The notes below the pieces were generated by a model that did not search any database, was not told the DNA's origin, and was given only the letters and a program-made list of their open reading frames with translations. 64,000 nt of DNA from the human T2T-CHM13v2.0 reference genome, Homo sapiens, in assembly GCF_009914755.1 (NCBI RefSeq), contig NC_060929.1, one strand, 5' to 3'. Of this stretch, positions 28,441-43,384 are shown piece by piece. Every line of letters begins with the position of its first letter. Within the stretch, counting starts at the first letter, position 1. The position numbers and the translations under genes were made by a program.

Positions 28441-30019
28441 TTGTGACCATCATTTCCCCCTTCATGTTCCTTCCCTGCCTTTCCCATATGGAGAAATTCT
28501 CAAAGTAGCTGGGGAAGAAAAAGACCTTTAACCAAGAATGACAGGAATGTCCAGGAAGGTGAACAGCACCAGCAAGAGGCTGTGTGTGCAAGTGTGTATA
28601 AACCTGTTCAAAATCAAGCCTTTTCTAAGATGTTTCTCACATTTTGTAATATAAACTGTTCTTGTTTGAACTGTTTTCGAAATGTACCTGTTGGTGCATT
28701 TGGGTGCATTTGCTGGTCTGCCAAGCTTAACCACGAAGCTTGGATAAATTAGCACATTGTCAGCTGTAAATACCTAGAGGGACGAAGTTTGTAATCATAA
28801 GTGCCAATTGAGCCCCCGTGCCAGCCCTGCACAGAGGACCATGACTGGCCTTAATGCCGGCTGCATGAGGGTCAGTGCATGATTCAGGGCAGACTTTCAG
28901 GGTCAGTCCTGAATTCGTCAGTTATTTGCTTTGATTGCTTCTTACAGGCTTGCCCCTTGATAGCCATGAGACCCAGCGCTGGAAGGAGGGGCTGGAAGTT
29001 TCCTTCCTACCAGGACCAGATGATCCCATTCAGCATTCCTTCTCTTAAATGTCTCTACCCCTTCAATCCTTCCCACATTCCCTCGATTCTCTTGTGGCTG
29101 ACAGGAAGGGTAGGGACAGATTTCCTGGAACTGAGGCTCCCAAGCCCTGCTGCTTTCTGACCCGCCTCGGGGGCACACCCCTCTGGTCTTTACACCCTGC
29201 TGGGGATTACTTGCTCCACAATCTATTCCACCTGTGGCCACAATTGACTTCCTCCCGTGTGCGTGAGTGAGAAACAGGGAGATCCTAGTGAAAGTTTTAT
29301 GTGTGTGATGCGGACACCATAAATCAGGACCCTGGCAGTATTTAAATCTGTGAAATGCAAAGGGAATTTAAATAACAAGTCAGCCACACAGGCAGGTGGC
29401 CCCTGAAGCTCCGGAATGTTCATCTCGCGCTAACAGCTTGCACATTTATATTATGGTACGAGAAGCACTGAGCAGAAGGAGTGGAAGGTGTTAACAACTA
29501 CTGCAAAATATTTCCTTAAGGATACATTTCCTCCATTTCCTCTCAACATAAATTCTGACAACACAAATGCCGTATTTATGCATGAAATCATGTATCTGGG
29601 AGGACTGCTTTTAATTTATAGAATGATTTGAAAAAGCAGTCCTTTAATCTATACCGGGAGTAGTTGGTTAATATGATGTAATTAGCAGGGTAAATTATTT
29701 TCAAAAGGGAAGGGCTTAAGGCCTGAAACCAGCCCATTACAAATGAACACCTTTCCATTCTGCTTGGTGCCAGAAAATTGGATTCTGTTGCTCTCCTTTA
29801 AACAGATAAACAGATGCTCTTTCTGGGATTATTAAAACCCTGTGACCCACCTCTGACTTCCTGAAAGGACTCTAACTGAAGTCGGGAGGGGAGGCAAGGG
29901 ACAGAACAAACATTCTTTGCCTGCTTGAAGAATTCTTGGCTCCGAGCCACTGCCTCTTAATTCTTTGGGTGGTTGAAATGGAAACTTGTCTTCTCTGATT
30001 TAGTCCAATAAAAGCAATG

Positions 30020-30260
30020 GCGGTCACATTGGTGAATGCCCACTATGTGTGAGGCCCTATAATATGCCAGTATTTTTAGATATGATCTTATTTGCCACTC
30101 ACAAGACCCAGCATGAGTATTGTCCTTTTTCTTTTTTCCTCACAGAGATGGAAACTGAGGCCAGGGATGTAAAATGACTTGTTTTAGGTTACATAGCTGG
30201 AAACTAACAGAGCCAAAATTTGAACCCAGGTTCTTCTGCTGCCAAATTTCACACACTTCA
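30020..30260 (-). mobile_element. MIR
   Basis: 'acagagatggaaactgaggccaggga...aggttacatagctgg...tttgaacccagg'. Confidence 0.8.
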
Positions 30261-31564
30261 CATGCAATAACTGGCTGTATGATGAGTGTTACGGCTTCCC
30301 GTGCCATAAGTCTCTTGTGACTGCAGCTACAAGAAAGGTCAGTCCGGCTCTTCTCTGTGCATCTTCTGTCCCGAGACACTGGATTTCCTTCAATATTGAT
30401 TCAATTCTAGGAGCACTATGTTCTAGGGATTTGCTGTTGATGAATCCTTTTGAATATTTCATATAGACTCCCAGAACGTTACACCTATGAGGGACCAAAG
30501 AGATTTTCCAGCCCGACCTCCTCATTTTAATGAAACGGAAATAAGAGCTTCAGAGGACTTTTCCCTGGCAGTTTCGAAACTAGAACCCAGCCTAATTGCT
30601 TGCCTTGACACAAAGAGTTCTGACCTTTCATTCCCACTATTTAATTTTATCCTCAAAACTTTGCCTTTGAGGAAGGTATGGAAATTATTAGTATGGTCCT
30701 TGAAGAACCAGAAGCACAGAGGAGACAAGTTCATATGGTTAAACAGTCATATGTCATATTAGTGGAAAGGTGCAAAGCGAAACCTGCAGATACCACCTAA
30801 AATGCTCAGAGGATTCCTTAGAGAATCTTAGATGTGCATATAAAGTAAGACCAGTGCCCTTTTCAAACCTGCTTCAAACGCAGTCACTGCTGCCCTCCAA
30901 CTGTCTGATGAACATTCAGTATTCACCTTGGTGGCAGCTACCGTCTAGTGTATCACACAGCCTGCTAGAATAAAAAAAAGAATGATAGAAGAAATATTCC
31001 CCATTTGATGCCAAATGGTTAATATGGAAGCCATCACACAGAGCAGAGCCCAAGGTCCATGTCAAAGTCCTTGTAAATCCATTCCCCTCCACTTGGGCGG
31101 CCCCTCTGAAGTGTTTGTAGAGTTGAGCCCACGTCCTGGTGTCCCCAGAAGTTCTATACTTGTCTCTCTGGGGAATGAATGGGAGGAGCCTGGCCATCAA
31201 GACAGTCCTCTTTTAAACTTGACCTTTGTCTTCGTCACATCAGACATCCTGCTCATTGCTAAGGAATGTGAAGGCCCTGTCACCCTCCCAAAGGCATCCT
31301 TGGGTCCTGGGAGCACTGCTATTCCCATGCCACTGTGGGGCAACGAGGGCAAGATCTCTGCAAATCCTCCCGGATAGCCCATTCCATAGGAGCTGGAAGG
31401 CTTCTTCCCAACATAGCATGCACCCCTGCTTCTCTGTCCCTTCAGCAAAGAGGGAGGAACAGAGGGTGAGGGAGACCTTTATGATTCCATCAAGGCTACT
31501 TTAAAGTAACACGTTTGAGTAGAAAATTAGGTATCATACATATAGTCTCTTAAATATCTCTTAA

Positions 31565-31750
31565 TGGCTGCCATCCTTGTGCCAGGTACTATGTTTCATG
31601 AACTTCATCACATTTGTTACTAGCAAAAAGTGTGCAAGGCAGGTGTCATTCCAGTTGACAGATGAGGAAACTGAGCCTCAGAGAGGTGCGGTAACCTGGC
31701 CCAAGCTCACAAAGCTAGTAAATGGCAAATCCAGGACTCAAACACAGTCT
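31565..31750 (-). mobile_element. MIR
   Basis: 'gacagatgaggaaactgagcctcagagaggt...cccaagctcacaaagctagtaaatggc'. Confidence 0.85.
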
Positions 31751-32019
31751 AACTAAAATAATGCAAATACAACCATAGCTGGCACTAAAATGTAAAAACT
31801 ATTTTTGAGCAGTCTGGAATTTGTTAAATTATATTCTGACTGCAGTGGTACCATTGCAGTGCTACCATTACATTTCTCCAGTCCCAAGCCCAGGGTCAAT
31901 CCTATCTTCCCCTTTAGTATGAGGTAATACAGACAGTAAGTGGGGAAAATTATTTTTGGTAAAGTAGGACCATCTGAATCCTTCAAAAGATAATCACACC
32001 AAAATTAACATCACAGCCC

Positions 32020-32760
32020 AAAATGGGCAAAGAACAAGAGGAGGCAATCTGCAAAATAAGAAATTCAAATGGCCAACATATGCATGAAAAAACGCTCAAC
32101 TTACAAGACCAAAAAAAGTGCAAATTAAATCAACCACCATTCCCTGTGCCTTGAAACCTAGGAAAATAATTAATGATAACAATGATAATTCCCAGTGTTG
32201 GACAACATATGAAGAAGTAATCAATCCTCATACCCTGCTAGTGGAAGTTTACTTTGCTCCATTTTTCTAGAAGGCAATTTGGTACTATATAGCAAAAGCA
32301 TTAACATTCTCCACTCCCTTTGACCGGCATGTAAAGTTTTCGCCCAAGGAAATCATCATGGTATACTCAAATATTTTTTTAAAAAGGATATTAATTGAAA
32401 TGTTGCTTACAATATAATACAAGTCTTAAAATCATCTGAATTGTCCAACAAAAGGCAGAGATTAATAAGTTATGGTACATTTATATAATGACCTACTTGG
32501 CTGAACTTAAGAAATGATTTTGTGGAAGACAATTTAATGACATGGAAAAACATTCATGATATATTGCTAAGGCAACACCATGATCCCTTTCCTGAAAAAA
32601 AAAAAAAAAAAAAAGACAAGACATACATGCCTAAAGACAAGAAGAACAAACACACAATATTGGTAATAAAACTAATTGTGATTATTATTCGCTTCCTGTT
32701 AGTCATTTTCAAAAATTTCCACCATGACATCTTTGTTTATTCTTATATTCTTAAAAAGGT
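32020..32760 (+). mobile_element. L1ME-type LINE 3' fragment
   Basis: 'aaatgggcaaaga...caaatggccaaca...ctcataccctgctagtggaagt...gaaggcaatttgg'. Confidence 0.8.
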
Positions 32761-32779
32761 AAAGAATGACGGACGAATT

Positions 32780-33083
32780 GGCCGGGTACAGTGGCTCATG
32801 TTTGTAATCCCAGCACTTTGGGAGGCTGAGGTGGGTGGATCACCTGAGGTCAGGAGTTTGGGACCAGCCTGGCTAACATGTTAAAACCCTGTCTCTACTA
32901 AAAATACAAAAATTAGGCATGGTGGCACACAACTGTAGTCCCAGCTACTCAGGAGGCTGAGGCAGGAGAATTGCTTGAACCTGGGAAGCAGAAGTTGCAG
33001 TGAGCAGAGATCACACCATTGCACTTCAGCCTGGCCATCTCAGCGAGACTCCACCTCAAAAAAAAATAAAACAACAACAAAAA
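32780..33083 (+). mobile_element. AluS SINE
   Basis: Full Alu dimer with A-rich tail; degenerate TSD aaagaatga. Confidence 0.95.
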
Positions 33084-34699
33084 AGAATGAAGAATAATTA
33101 CCCCACATAGGCAGTGTGGTTCCTGGGACAATCCATCCATCTCTGTGCCTCCACGGCAAAAGGCTGGGAGGCTGAGAAGTGGATGCTGCAAGTTTGATTC
33201 TCAGTCCAATGCTGATGTTGCGGAGCCTCTGAATGAGCCTTTTGCAGCTCATAAACCTCCTGCTACTTGGGCATCCTGACTTATGCCGTGACTAGTGACC
33301 TAAAGATACTTGGGGAGATATTCCAGTTGGGTTAAAATTTGAGACATCAGAGGAGTGAAATGGAGGGTGTTTCAAGCAGCACCACACAGAGCATCAAGAC
33401 ACAGGCTCTGACAGCTGGCACTTTCTGTCCCTTGTGCCTTCCTATGTCTGCAGGCTTCCCAGCCTCCAACTCAAAATAGCTGCTCTGCTATGCACAGCAA
33501 AGAAAAAGAGACAGGCTTAGGCCAGCGGCTGCTAACGCTCAGGGCATCAAACTGGGCTGGCACACTTGAGGAAAATTATTTAGTTATGATAATTATTAGC
33601 TGCTTTTAATCACAATAATGAACTAATACAGCAGTACTTATGCTTGGGAAAGTCAAAGAGGATCCATTAAAAATCTAATTAAAAGCCAGTCCTTAAGAAG
33701 AATCATGGCTTATTTATCTCTCTATTAGGTAATATAAACTAGTGAACTGTGCAGCTTGGAAATTTTCCACCAGTCAAGCTGATAAGCACTATTCCCCTCT
33801 CAGTTGTAAAAGTACAATAAATCTGCTGTAAGGGAACTCTCACTATGTTTTAAGAAGACAGATGAGGGAAGAAAAAAGAGAGGAAGAGAAAGAAAAAAAT
33901 GTTAATATAACATTTCTTCACTTATATCTCGCCATTTTCCAAAAAATATATGAAACAAGTATAGAAAAATGTATGAAGAGCAGTCTGTTGGTAAATAGAC
34001 TTTGGGAAATAGACTGGTTAAGAATTTTTCACCCGTTAGCCAGGTATCGAGCTAGGTGCTGAGGTAAAGAGACTAAGTATAGGAGAATAATGTAGATCAC
34101 TAAGACGAAGCCTGGGGCCAAGTCAGAACACCATGTTGATCACCAGAGGGTTTCGTTTAAGATGGGCTGCATATTATACTCAGCTTCCTAGTGGCCAAAG
34201 CAAAGAGAGAAAATTTCCAAACATAGCACTCATTTTATAGAAATATAATCCTTTCTGGCAACTCAGGGTTGACAGAAAATTCTTCAGTGAATCCTGAAAA
34301 GGACAATGTTCCCAACAATGCATGTAGGCCAACCCCCAGCAAGTTTCAGGATGGCTTCTTGTGACATCTCTGGGCTCAAGCATGCACTAAGCACACACAA
34401 CACAACCCACCCAGCTGGAGAAGCTCTGCCACAGTGCCTTTATCATACTCATTACGGGAAAAACCCTCTTAAATATCCACATTTTAAAAGCCTCAAAAAA
34501 AAAAATGCAGAATCCTTTTATTATGATCCCATAGGAAAAGTTTACCTTCTAAAGTAGTGGTGACTTAGTGGCAATTAAATTTCAATTAATATATTTATTG
34601 GGTGTTTCTTTTAGGTCTTTACAACACATAGAATAAATAAGTGGATAGGCATGAACCCTACCACAATCAAGTAGAAGGTACAGCTAGGAAATAACAAAG

Positions 34700-34910
34700 C
34701 AATGGCTGCCCTTTATTGAAGAGCAAAGATGTAGACTGTGTGCTTTATGCAAATTATCTCAGTTAATCCTTGCAACAATCCTTAGAGGTGATAACAATGA
34801 CCACCCCCAATTTACAGTTGAGGAAAGTGAGTTTGGCACATATTAAGGGGGCACACAACTCCTCAGTGCCTGAGAGGGGTCTGGAGTGCCAGTCTGACTC
34901 CAGAGACCGT
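34700..34910 (-). mobile_element. MIR
   Basis: 'ttaatccttgcaacaatcctta...tttacagttgaggaaagtgag'. Confidence 0.75.
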
Positions 34911-35099
34911 CCATTGCTGCTGGGTACCACCTTCCAGGTGCTCCCATTTCACAGTCGAGAGAGGAGTGACATGCACACGACAGGTGAAATACGAGGAAGA
35001 GGAACTGCCTTGGAGGGCCCTAGAATGCATGTCCCAGGAGATCACCGTCACAGTCCTTTTAGGGTCAGAGTTCAATCCCATTTGTTCCACAGGCAGGGA

Positions 35100-35950
35100 G
35101 GCAGGCAGGCTGTGAGCACTTCCCATGTGCAGGCCCTCTGCAATTCACTAGAGAGAGAGGGCCCTACCCTGGGTGCCGAGGGAACTCAGACCTATAGGAG
35201 TGGTCCCCTAGAGGCATGCCCAGGGGTCTCTGGGAGCACTGGACACTTAGCACACTCTATGTGCGGTAAGGTTATCACAAGGTTATGACAGGTAGAGGCA
35301 ATATTATGTGCAAATGTTTATACATCATGACCCACTGGGGATCACCAAGAGGTTTGGTATGAGGAGAGGAAGTAGGGGAGGGAGAGAGGGGAGGTAGGGA
35401 GGTGGACAGACAGACAGACAGACAGAGTGAATATGAAGCAAATGGAGTGTGGTGAGTGTGTACACCATGAGAACAGAGAAGCAGGCAGGCACCAGACCAG
35501 ACCACAGAGGAACACATGCAATGATGAGAGTCTGGGTAGTGGGGAACCCTCGGAAAGATCTTCAGATGTTAAGTGGAGTCAAGTCAAGCTCCAATGGAGG
35601 TTTCAGAAAGGTTACTCCACGTGCAGTGCAGAGGATGGTGGGATGCAGATAGGACAGCTGTAATAGCCCATGCACAAGGTGACAGCAGTGGGAAGAGAAA
35701 AGGAAATGAAAAGTGATATTTGGAAGGTAGGATTGGTCTGATTAGATTTTGGGTAAAAGGGAAGGTTGAGCAGAATCCTAGGGAGCTGGCTGAAAGGTGA
35801 CAGGCAATACAGAGAAAGGGGGACTCAGGGGACTTCAACAGGTGGTATTGTGGGGTTTGCAGTATGTTCGAGTGATGTGTCCTTGAAGTAACTGGATGTT
35901 TCTGGGATTGAAGGGGCATCCTGGGGAATCCAAGTAATGGACTGGGTGGA
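35100..35950 (-). mobile_element. Diverged L2
   Basis: 'gagcacttcccatgtgcaggc', 'gatatttggaaggtaggattgg', 'atgttcgagtgatgtgtcc'. Confidence 0.55.
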
Positions 35951-36599
35951 GATTTCCTCTGGAGAGGCTGCTGCTATCATTAAGTTCCAGTGTAAATGTC
36001 TAACTCCAGTTCTGGCCCAGATGAAGAGAAACTTTTTGATGACCACACACTCTGTATTGGGTAGAATCTCAGGCTGTCTCTTGTCACTGACTGTATGTTG
36101 CAAAGAGGGCTAAAATCTGAGGTTTCAGCTAAAACTCTCACCAGGGAAAAGCAAAAGGCAAACTTGAACTAATTACTCTGCCAGTCGAGATGACCTTTAG
36201 AAACAAGTTTGAACTTTTGTCAGCGTGTTATCGGTATTTCCATCAGGAAGTATTTCAACCAGCTAATGTTTGCCAACTGGGAGGACCAAGTGTTCGGTTC
36301 AGCATCAGGGTTTCTGTGCTAATCTGACCTTCCAAGGTATTTAAAGATGCAAAGGCCAGATTCACCACTTGAGTTCCCAAATCTATGGGTGTTGAATTCC
36401 ATAGTGCTGTCTACCAACATTTGCCTAGACTTGCTCTCTACATTTTCCTCAAAAAAAAAAAAAAAAAAGAAACAAAAAACAAAAACAAAAAACAAAAGCC
36501 TGAAGCCCTAACTTCCAAATTAACCTTAAAAAAACATTTAGAATCACATGTTGCTGAGCCACTTTAACCGTCATCAACCTTTAACCTTAAAAGGAAGCA

Positions 36600-36830
36600 T
36601 CCATAGAGGTTAGCTACTTGGTCCTTGGAGACAGAATACTGACTTTGAATCCTGGCTTCCCCACCTCCTAGCTGTGGGACCTTGGGCAGGTACTCAAACC
36701 TGCCTCAGTTTTCCCATCTGTAAAATGTAAGAGAACTTACTTCACAGGTAACATAATTAAGAGGCTATATGCCCTGAGTCTTGAGACTGTGCTTGTTACA
36801 GGCTGTGATTTGTGGTTAGTTTTTGATAAG
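36600..36830 (+). mobile_element. MIR
   Basis: 'ttgaatcctggctt...ctagctgtgggaccttgggcag...gcctcagttttcccatctgtaaaatg'. Confidence 0.85.
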
Positions 36831-37889
36831 TGGGGTTATCACGATCAAAACACCTTTTTACACTTAATCCCCCAGAAAGTGCCATGTTGGCTTCAGTCCC
36901 TGAATGGGGCTCATGTAATGAACACAAAACCAGGGACTATGCTTGTTTTTCTTCTTCTTTATAAACAGAAGCAACCAATAAAATCATTTCTCCACAGCCT
37001 AGTGCCTTCAACTATATTTCTCTAAGTAGCAGCAGGAGAAATCTAGAGTTTAATTAAACTCTTATTTTGGGCAAAATAAAGAGGAGAAAGAGCGTTTGAG
37101 GGAAAGGTAGTTCATAAAACACTGATTACTGTGGTGGAGGGCACCCAGAGCGATAAATGACTATAGTGGAAAAATGTATTATGAGAGCTTTTTCTCACTC
37201 TGGAAGTTTCTTTCCTGGTTTCAGCCCCTCTAATGAAGCTGTGCTCCATATTTCCTCCCAGCAATGCCAGCCTCCACTTCAGGGGAGTTTTTGTGGCAGT
37301 CCTTTGACATGGAATCTTTACCGTGTGCAAGTGTAGAATCCAAGTCGTGGTTGCAATGGAAACTGCCTGGCGGTCCCTTTCCACCACATAGACCTTGTGT
37401 TCTTGAGTTACCACAATGACTGCTTGGCCTCTTGTTCAGGAAATAGCCACTCTTGCCTTATCAATTCCTTGTGCGAGTGGTTAGGAGGGTGGGATGAGTG
37501 GGCAGGGCAGAGGGATTGGGTCATTTTGGTTAGAGGAAGAAGGGGAGAAAGGATAGGTTCAAGACTCTTGGAACGTCACAGAGAGACAGTAGAAGGTAAC
37601 AAAAGCTCCCTTTGATGTTGCTTGGATGTAAGTTGGCTTGAGTTGGAACTAGAATAGCTCAGCTTTGATCCCCAAATAGCCAAAGCATCCTTTATGTATG
37701 AGAATGACCACATCCAGATTCCAAAACCAGTTAGGGGGAGAGGAAGATGGTCCCCACATGCAAGTATTGCATCAAATAGAGGGGTCTTCCTGCAGTGATG
37801 GAGGTATGGGGGTATGGTGGTGATGGTGGTAGTGTCCATGCATGTAAGAGTGTTCCAGGGAGCAGCAGAGAATAATGATAAGCTTGAAA

Positions 37890-38070
37890 AACTTGAAAAT
37901 GCACTGGCATCAGACTGGGAGACAGGAGACTTGAGATTTATCTTCAATGTACTACTTTGTGACCTTAGAGAAGTCACATAAGCTTTCTGAACCCTAGATG
38001 CCTCATCTGTCAAATGAGGCAAATAAATATCTGCTAGTCCTTCCCCAATGGGTGGAGAGGAGCAAATGAC
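37890..38070 (+). mobile_element. MIR
   Basis: 'tgtgaccttagagaagtcac...cctcatctgtcaaatg'. Confidence 0.75.
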
Positions 38071-39164
38071 TTCAGGCATGGATGACTCTGCACAAAGGCA
38101 ACTCTCACATCATTCATTCCAGGTCTCTCCAGCTCCAAAGGGACTGTGAGGAAGGGTTAGTACAAATGAAGATGTGACTTATTCAAGGCTGAAGAGTCTC
38201 AGGTGGATCAAACAGAGCCACCATGCAAGTACTGGATCTAGCCTGCCTGAACACATTTTATCATCATTTTGACATAGCCACCCATGGAGGAGGTTAGGGA
38301 TGTTTCTAGACTTCAGCTGGGCAGGGTCAGCATAGAACAGTAGGGGCCCAGCCACGGAAGACAGAAGCCATACCAGATCTTCTGCACGGCTGGAGGCACT
38401 GGCCAGAGTAATCCTTTGGGCAGCCTTATGCCAAATCCTGGTCTGAGCATCTGGGAGCTCTTCCTGCCACCTTTAGTCACTCTCAGTCTCCAACACCTTC
38501 CTTCTTGCAAAGCAGCATTTGACTCTGCAGGAGACCCAACTGTTGCTGTAAAGGTTGCCCGCCACTTGCTGAAATACCAGCAGCCTCCACAGCAGATCCC
38601 AGCCTACCTCAAATATGTGGGTAGCTTCAGGTGGCCAGAGACTCATCCAATAATTACAGCACATTCATTTAATATTTATTGGTAAGTGCTCACACAACGC
38701 AGGGAGAGTGCAAATCGTGAATCCTTCAGGCCAGATCCTTCAGGTCCCTTGTGATGCTTTTCTTTGAAGGCTCCTTTTCATACACCGCCACCTCTCTTTT
38801 CCCAGTGCCTTCCTGTTACTTGGTTTCTCCATGTAACAAGGGAGGGGAGAGACCTTAATATCCTAATTCTCATGTACTTCCAGAGGCATTAGCACATTAA
38901 AAGAGTAAGAGGACAATCCTTAGCCCCGCAGGATGAACACCTGGTGGTCCAGTTGGTCAGTTGGGCCTTGGATATACAATAATCACACCATGCTGCACAA
39001 GGTTCAATCTTACACAAGCCCTCATCCTCATCAACAGCCTCCTCTGTCATTCGTTCTCATCTTTGGTACTGCACCTCCTTCTTCCAACATTTGGGGAATT
39101 CTCCATTCTCTGGGTCTTGGTGGGAGGCAAAGTCGTCTTCTACAGTAGAATCAGACAATGTCAG

Positions 39165-39569
39165 TGATGTGATTTGGATGTTTGTCCCCTCCAAATCTCA
39201 TGTTGAATGTGATCTCCAGTGTTGGAGGTGGGGCCTAGTGGGAGGCGTTTGGGTCATGGAGGTTGATCCCTCATGAATGTCTTGGTGCTATTCCCATGGT
39301 AATGGGTGAGTTCTTGCCCTGAGTTTACCTGAGAGCTGGCGGTTTAAAAGAGCCTGGCACCTCCCCACAACCTTGCTTCTTCTCTTGCCATGTGATGTGA
39401 AGGCTCCCCCTTCACCTTCTGCAATGATTGTAAACTCCCTGAGGCCCTCACCAAAAGCAGATGCTTGCACCACACTTCCTGTACAGCCTGCAGAACTGTG
39501 CACAAAAATAAACCTCTTTTATTTCCTAACCTCAGGAATTCCTTTAGTGCAATGCAGCTGGACAATACA
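39165..39569 (+). mobile_element. MSTB-like MaLR solo LTR
   Basis: 'tgatgtgatttggatgtttgtcccctccaaatctcatgttgaa...gtacagcctgcagaactgtg...aataca'; 5-bp TSD gtcag/gacag. Confidence 0.9.
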
Positions 39570-40032
39570 GACAGATGTGTGCTTTCCCAGACTCTCTTGC
39601 AGTAAGGGGAGGGACACACCATTGATATTTTATCAATCAGACAGAATAGTACCGCAAGGGAATAAGGAGTGAATTCCTCAAAGAAGTGGGGATTTGGAAA
39701 AATCCTTTCTAGAGACAGCAGCTGGTTGAACAAGATTAAGTTCTGGGGCAGTGGTGGATGGAGGGAGCAGTAGTTTTCAGAGCCCCAGGTGGATGATGTC
39801 TAACATGTACCCTATAATCTCTGGAGCTGGGTAGGGGCAACAGTGTTACCCTCACAGGGCAAGTCTCCACTGTATTTTGGGTATTGTTGCTAGCTGGGTG
39901 GTCTCCAGGTCTCATTTTCCAGCTCTCAGAGAAATTCTGTAGGTCACCCAATATCATTTTTAACGCATTCCTTTTCTGCTTAAATCAGCTAAGTCAGATT
40001 CTGTGGCTTGAGTGTGTATCCTGAGTGATACA
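39570..40032 (+). mobile_element. Old ERVL LTR (LTR33/LTR16-like)
   Basis: 'ttcccagactctcttgcag' and the terminal 'ttccttttctgcttaaatcagc...ttctgtggcttg...tgataca'. Confidence 0.6.
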
Positions 40033-40059
40033 ACTCAGGTATAAATGACATTAATAATA

Positions 40060-40255
40060 ACAGTAGTAGTAATAATAATGATGATGATAGCTAGCATTAT
40101 GGAGTGTTTCTACCTTCTATGCACTGTCCCAAAAGTTTTTCAATTAATAACTCATGTATTCCTAAAACACATCCTATGAAGTAACCATCAGAAACCCAAT
40201 TTTACAGTTGAGGGAGTAAAAGCTCGGAGAGGTGAGTACCTTTCTGAAGGTCTCA
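40060..40255 (-). mobile_element. MIR
   Basis: 'atagctagcattatggagtg...ttttacagttgaggg...gctcggagaggt'. Confidence 0.75.
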
Positions 40256-42563
40256 AGTTTCACCTTTTCCTTCTGCTGCCTCCTAAGATGCAGACTTAAG
40301 TATGGATTTCAAAATTAAAGTCAGCATACCAGGGACTCATAACTCTGGCTCCTTTGTGTTTGGATCTAGGGTGAACATTTTTACGGGGAAACATTTACAC
40401 TTCCCAGCAGGACCAAACTGTGGCCGTGGCCTTGTTTCTTGGTCAGCCTTGTTGCAAACAGCTGAAGCAAGACCTGAGGGTGGGACAAGGCCCCCAAGGG
40501 CTCCTGTGGCTCCAGAGCCACCTGAGGGCTTTGGAGCCTTAGGACAAGCTAACTGCTGGGAAGACAGAAGGTGCACTCTGGAAATGTCACCGCTGACCTC
40601 TTAATCACCATCCTGTGATTGAATTAATTAGGCTGAGAGCTCTGCTATTGAGCTGTTCTCACATCTGGAGTAGTTTTACAATGCAGGAAACTGATCACAG
40701 AAGGCCAACTGTCAAGAAGGAGAGTCAGATATAAACACAATACATCACCGAGAGACTCTGCTTATGGCTGGGTCATGATTCGTAACCTGGGAGTGATTGA
40801 TTGTCTTCTCCTTGTTCTAATTTTGGACCAGACATTTTGGGATGATGGTGGGGTTTGACATTTTAGTCATCTTTTCTTATTCTACAAGAAAGTCTAAGTA
40901 ATCGTGACTAGGGTAAGAAGGGGAGGAAAGAGGGGATCTGTTGATGCCAGGATTTTTGCATGTATTTTTCTTGAAGCAACAACAATAAAGTACATACGTA
41001 GGGAAATAAAGTGTCTGCATCAGGGCTGAGTGAGGACCTGGAGCTTTCTCTGCTGGTGTGTTTTGGTGCTGTGGTGTCTGTGTCTCTAAATCCTGGAATA
41101 AAAGCTGTATTCGAAAATATCGTGAAGTTGAAGGCATTTTGTTAAGAAACACTTGCTTCTAAAACTCAGAGTGAGGAAAGTGTTTACCTAAATTTTAGCT
41201 ATGCTGGAGTGGGCTGTATAAGAGCTTTCTTCAAGGAAATTTGTGATGGGTTGCCTGAGCCTGGTTCAAGCCCAGCAACATTCTAGGTGGAAGCAAAAGA
41301 GAGACTTGGCTTCTTATATGCAGATAGAACAATGGAGAAAAGAAAATGATGAACCACAGCACACTCTTCAGAGAATTCCCATTGCCTTTCATGCAAAATC
41401 CTACATGATCTGGCTCTTCTGTGCTTCTCTTTCGGATTTCATCTAGTACTTTCTCCAGCCATGCTAGTAAAGGCAGACCTTCTGTCTATCTATCTACATA
41501 GTTTGTCTGTCTGTCTATCTACTTACCTACCAACCTAGTTTGTCTCTGCAGGCTTAAATAAAGCCAATACCTGCCAGAAGAGTTGGGGGACAGAATCTAC
41601 ATCTTGGGGAGGGGTGATAAGCTCAATTCCCAGTCTCTTTGAGAATCTGCAATGTGGTGAGAGGTGTTAAGGGAAGTTTCCTTAACAAGCTGAGCCCCTC
41701 TGTTCTCTGTATGAGAGTGAAGGTGGCCCACCAAGGGCAGGACCCTCAGGGGGGTTTCATTCTGGAGAAGATGGGCCTGGTGGTGACTCCTGTCCTTGGT
41801 CTGGCACTGGCCAAAGTGAGTTGCTGGGGGATCACAGGAAGGAAGATGCATTGACTTTTCCCCAGTAGTTCATAAAGAGTGCTATTCAAAAGCCAAGGAA
41901 TTGAGGGCCTTTTCAGACTTAAAAGAGATCAGAGAGACCATATATTAGCACTAGAGATTGTTCAGGAGGCTGTGATTATAACCCAGGGCTGCTATGTAAT
42001 GGGCATTCAGTAAATATTAGTAAAATGAGTGACTTCCCCAAGTTTCACAGCAAGAAAAGCAGCACTAGAGCTTCCCTCTCCATCTCCCTGCCTCCTTTCT
42101 TCCACTATCTTTGCCTTGTCTCTACCCTCATTTCTCTCTCCTTTCCCCCTTCTCCCTACCTCTCTCTCTCTAGCTTGCTAAAACTTCTTTTTATAGAACA
42201 GGAAAGAAATTGTCAAAATGGATTTCTTTTTTTTCTGATCTCATACTTACTTTAAGAGGAGAGAGAGGGTGGAAGAAATTTGTCTTGAGAGCCTGAGAGA
42301 GACAGGGAACATTTTATAACTCAGTTTTTGGAAATTCTAGTCCTTGAAAACTCTAGAACTGGTTGTAGGATGTGGGTGAATATAACCTTTCCCAAGAATA
42401 TTCTTTTTAAATTTAAAGACTTGAGCTAAGCAGAAATAGAATCTAGTTCAATTCATCGAGTACAGGACTTGACAGTCAATCAAGTGCTACTCAGTTGATG
42501 AGACTTGGGACAACTAAGTACTTAGGATATAATAAAAATATGCCCCAATTTTATACAACTCTC

Positions 42564-42628
42564 ACACACACAAAAATCCCTCTCTCTCATACACACACGC
42601 ACACACACACATACACACACACACACCC
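42564..42628. repeat. Imperfect (CA)n/(CT)n microsatellite
   Basis: Read directly. Confidence 0.85.
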
Positions 42629-42640
42629 TAGAGGGATAAA

Positions 42641-43384
<744 letters not shown>

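Noticed and set aside
34770-35288. 172-aa ORF
   Set aside because: Overlaps MIR and L2 remnants; no recognisable protein family.
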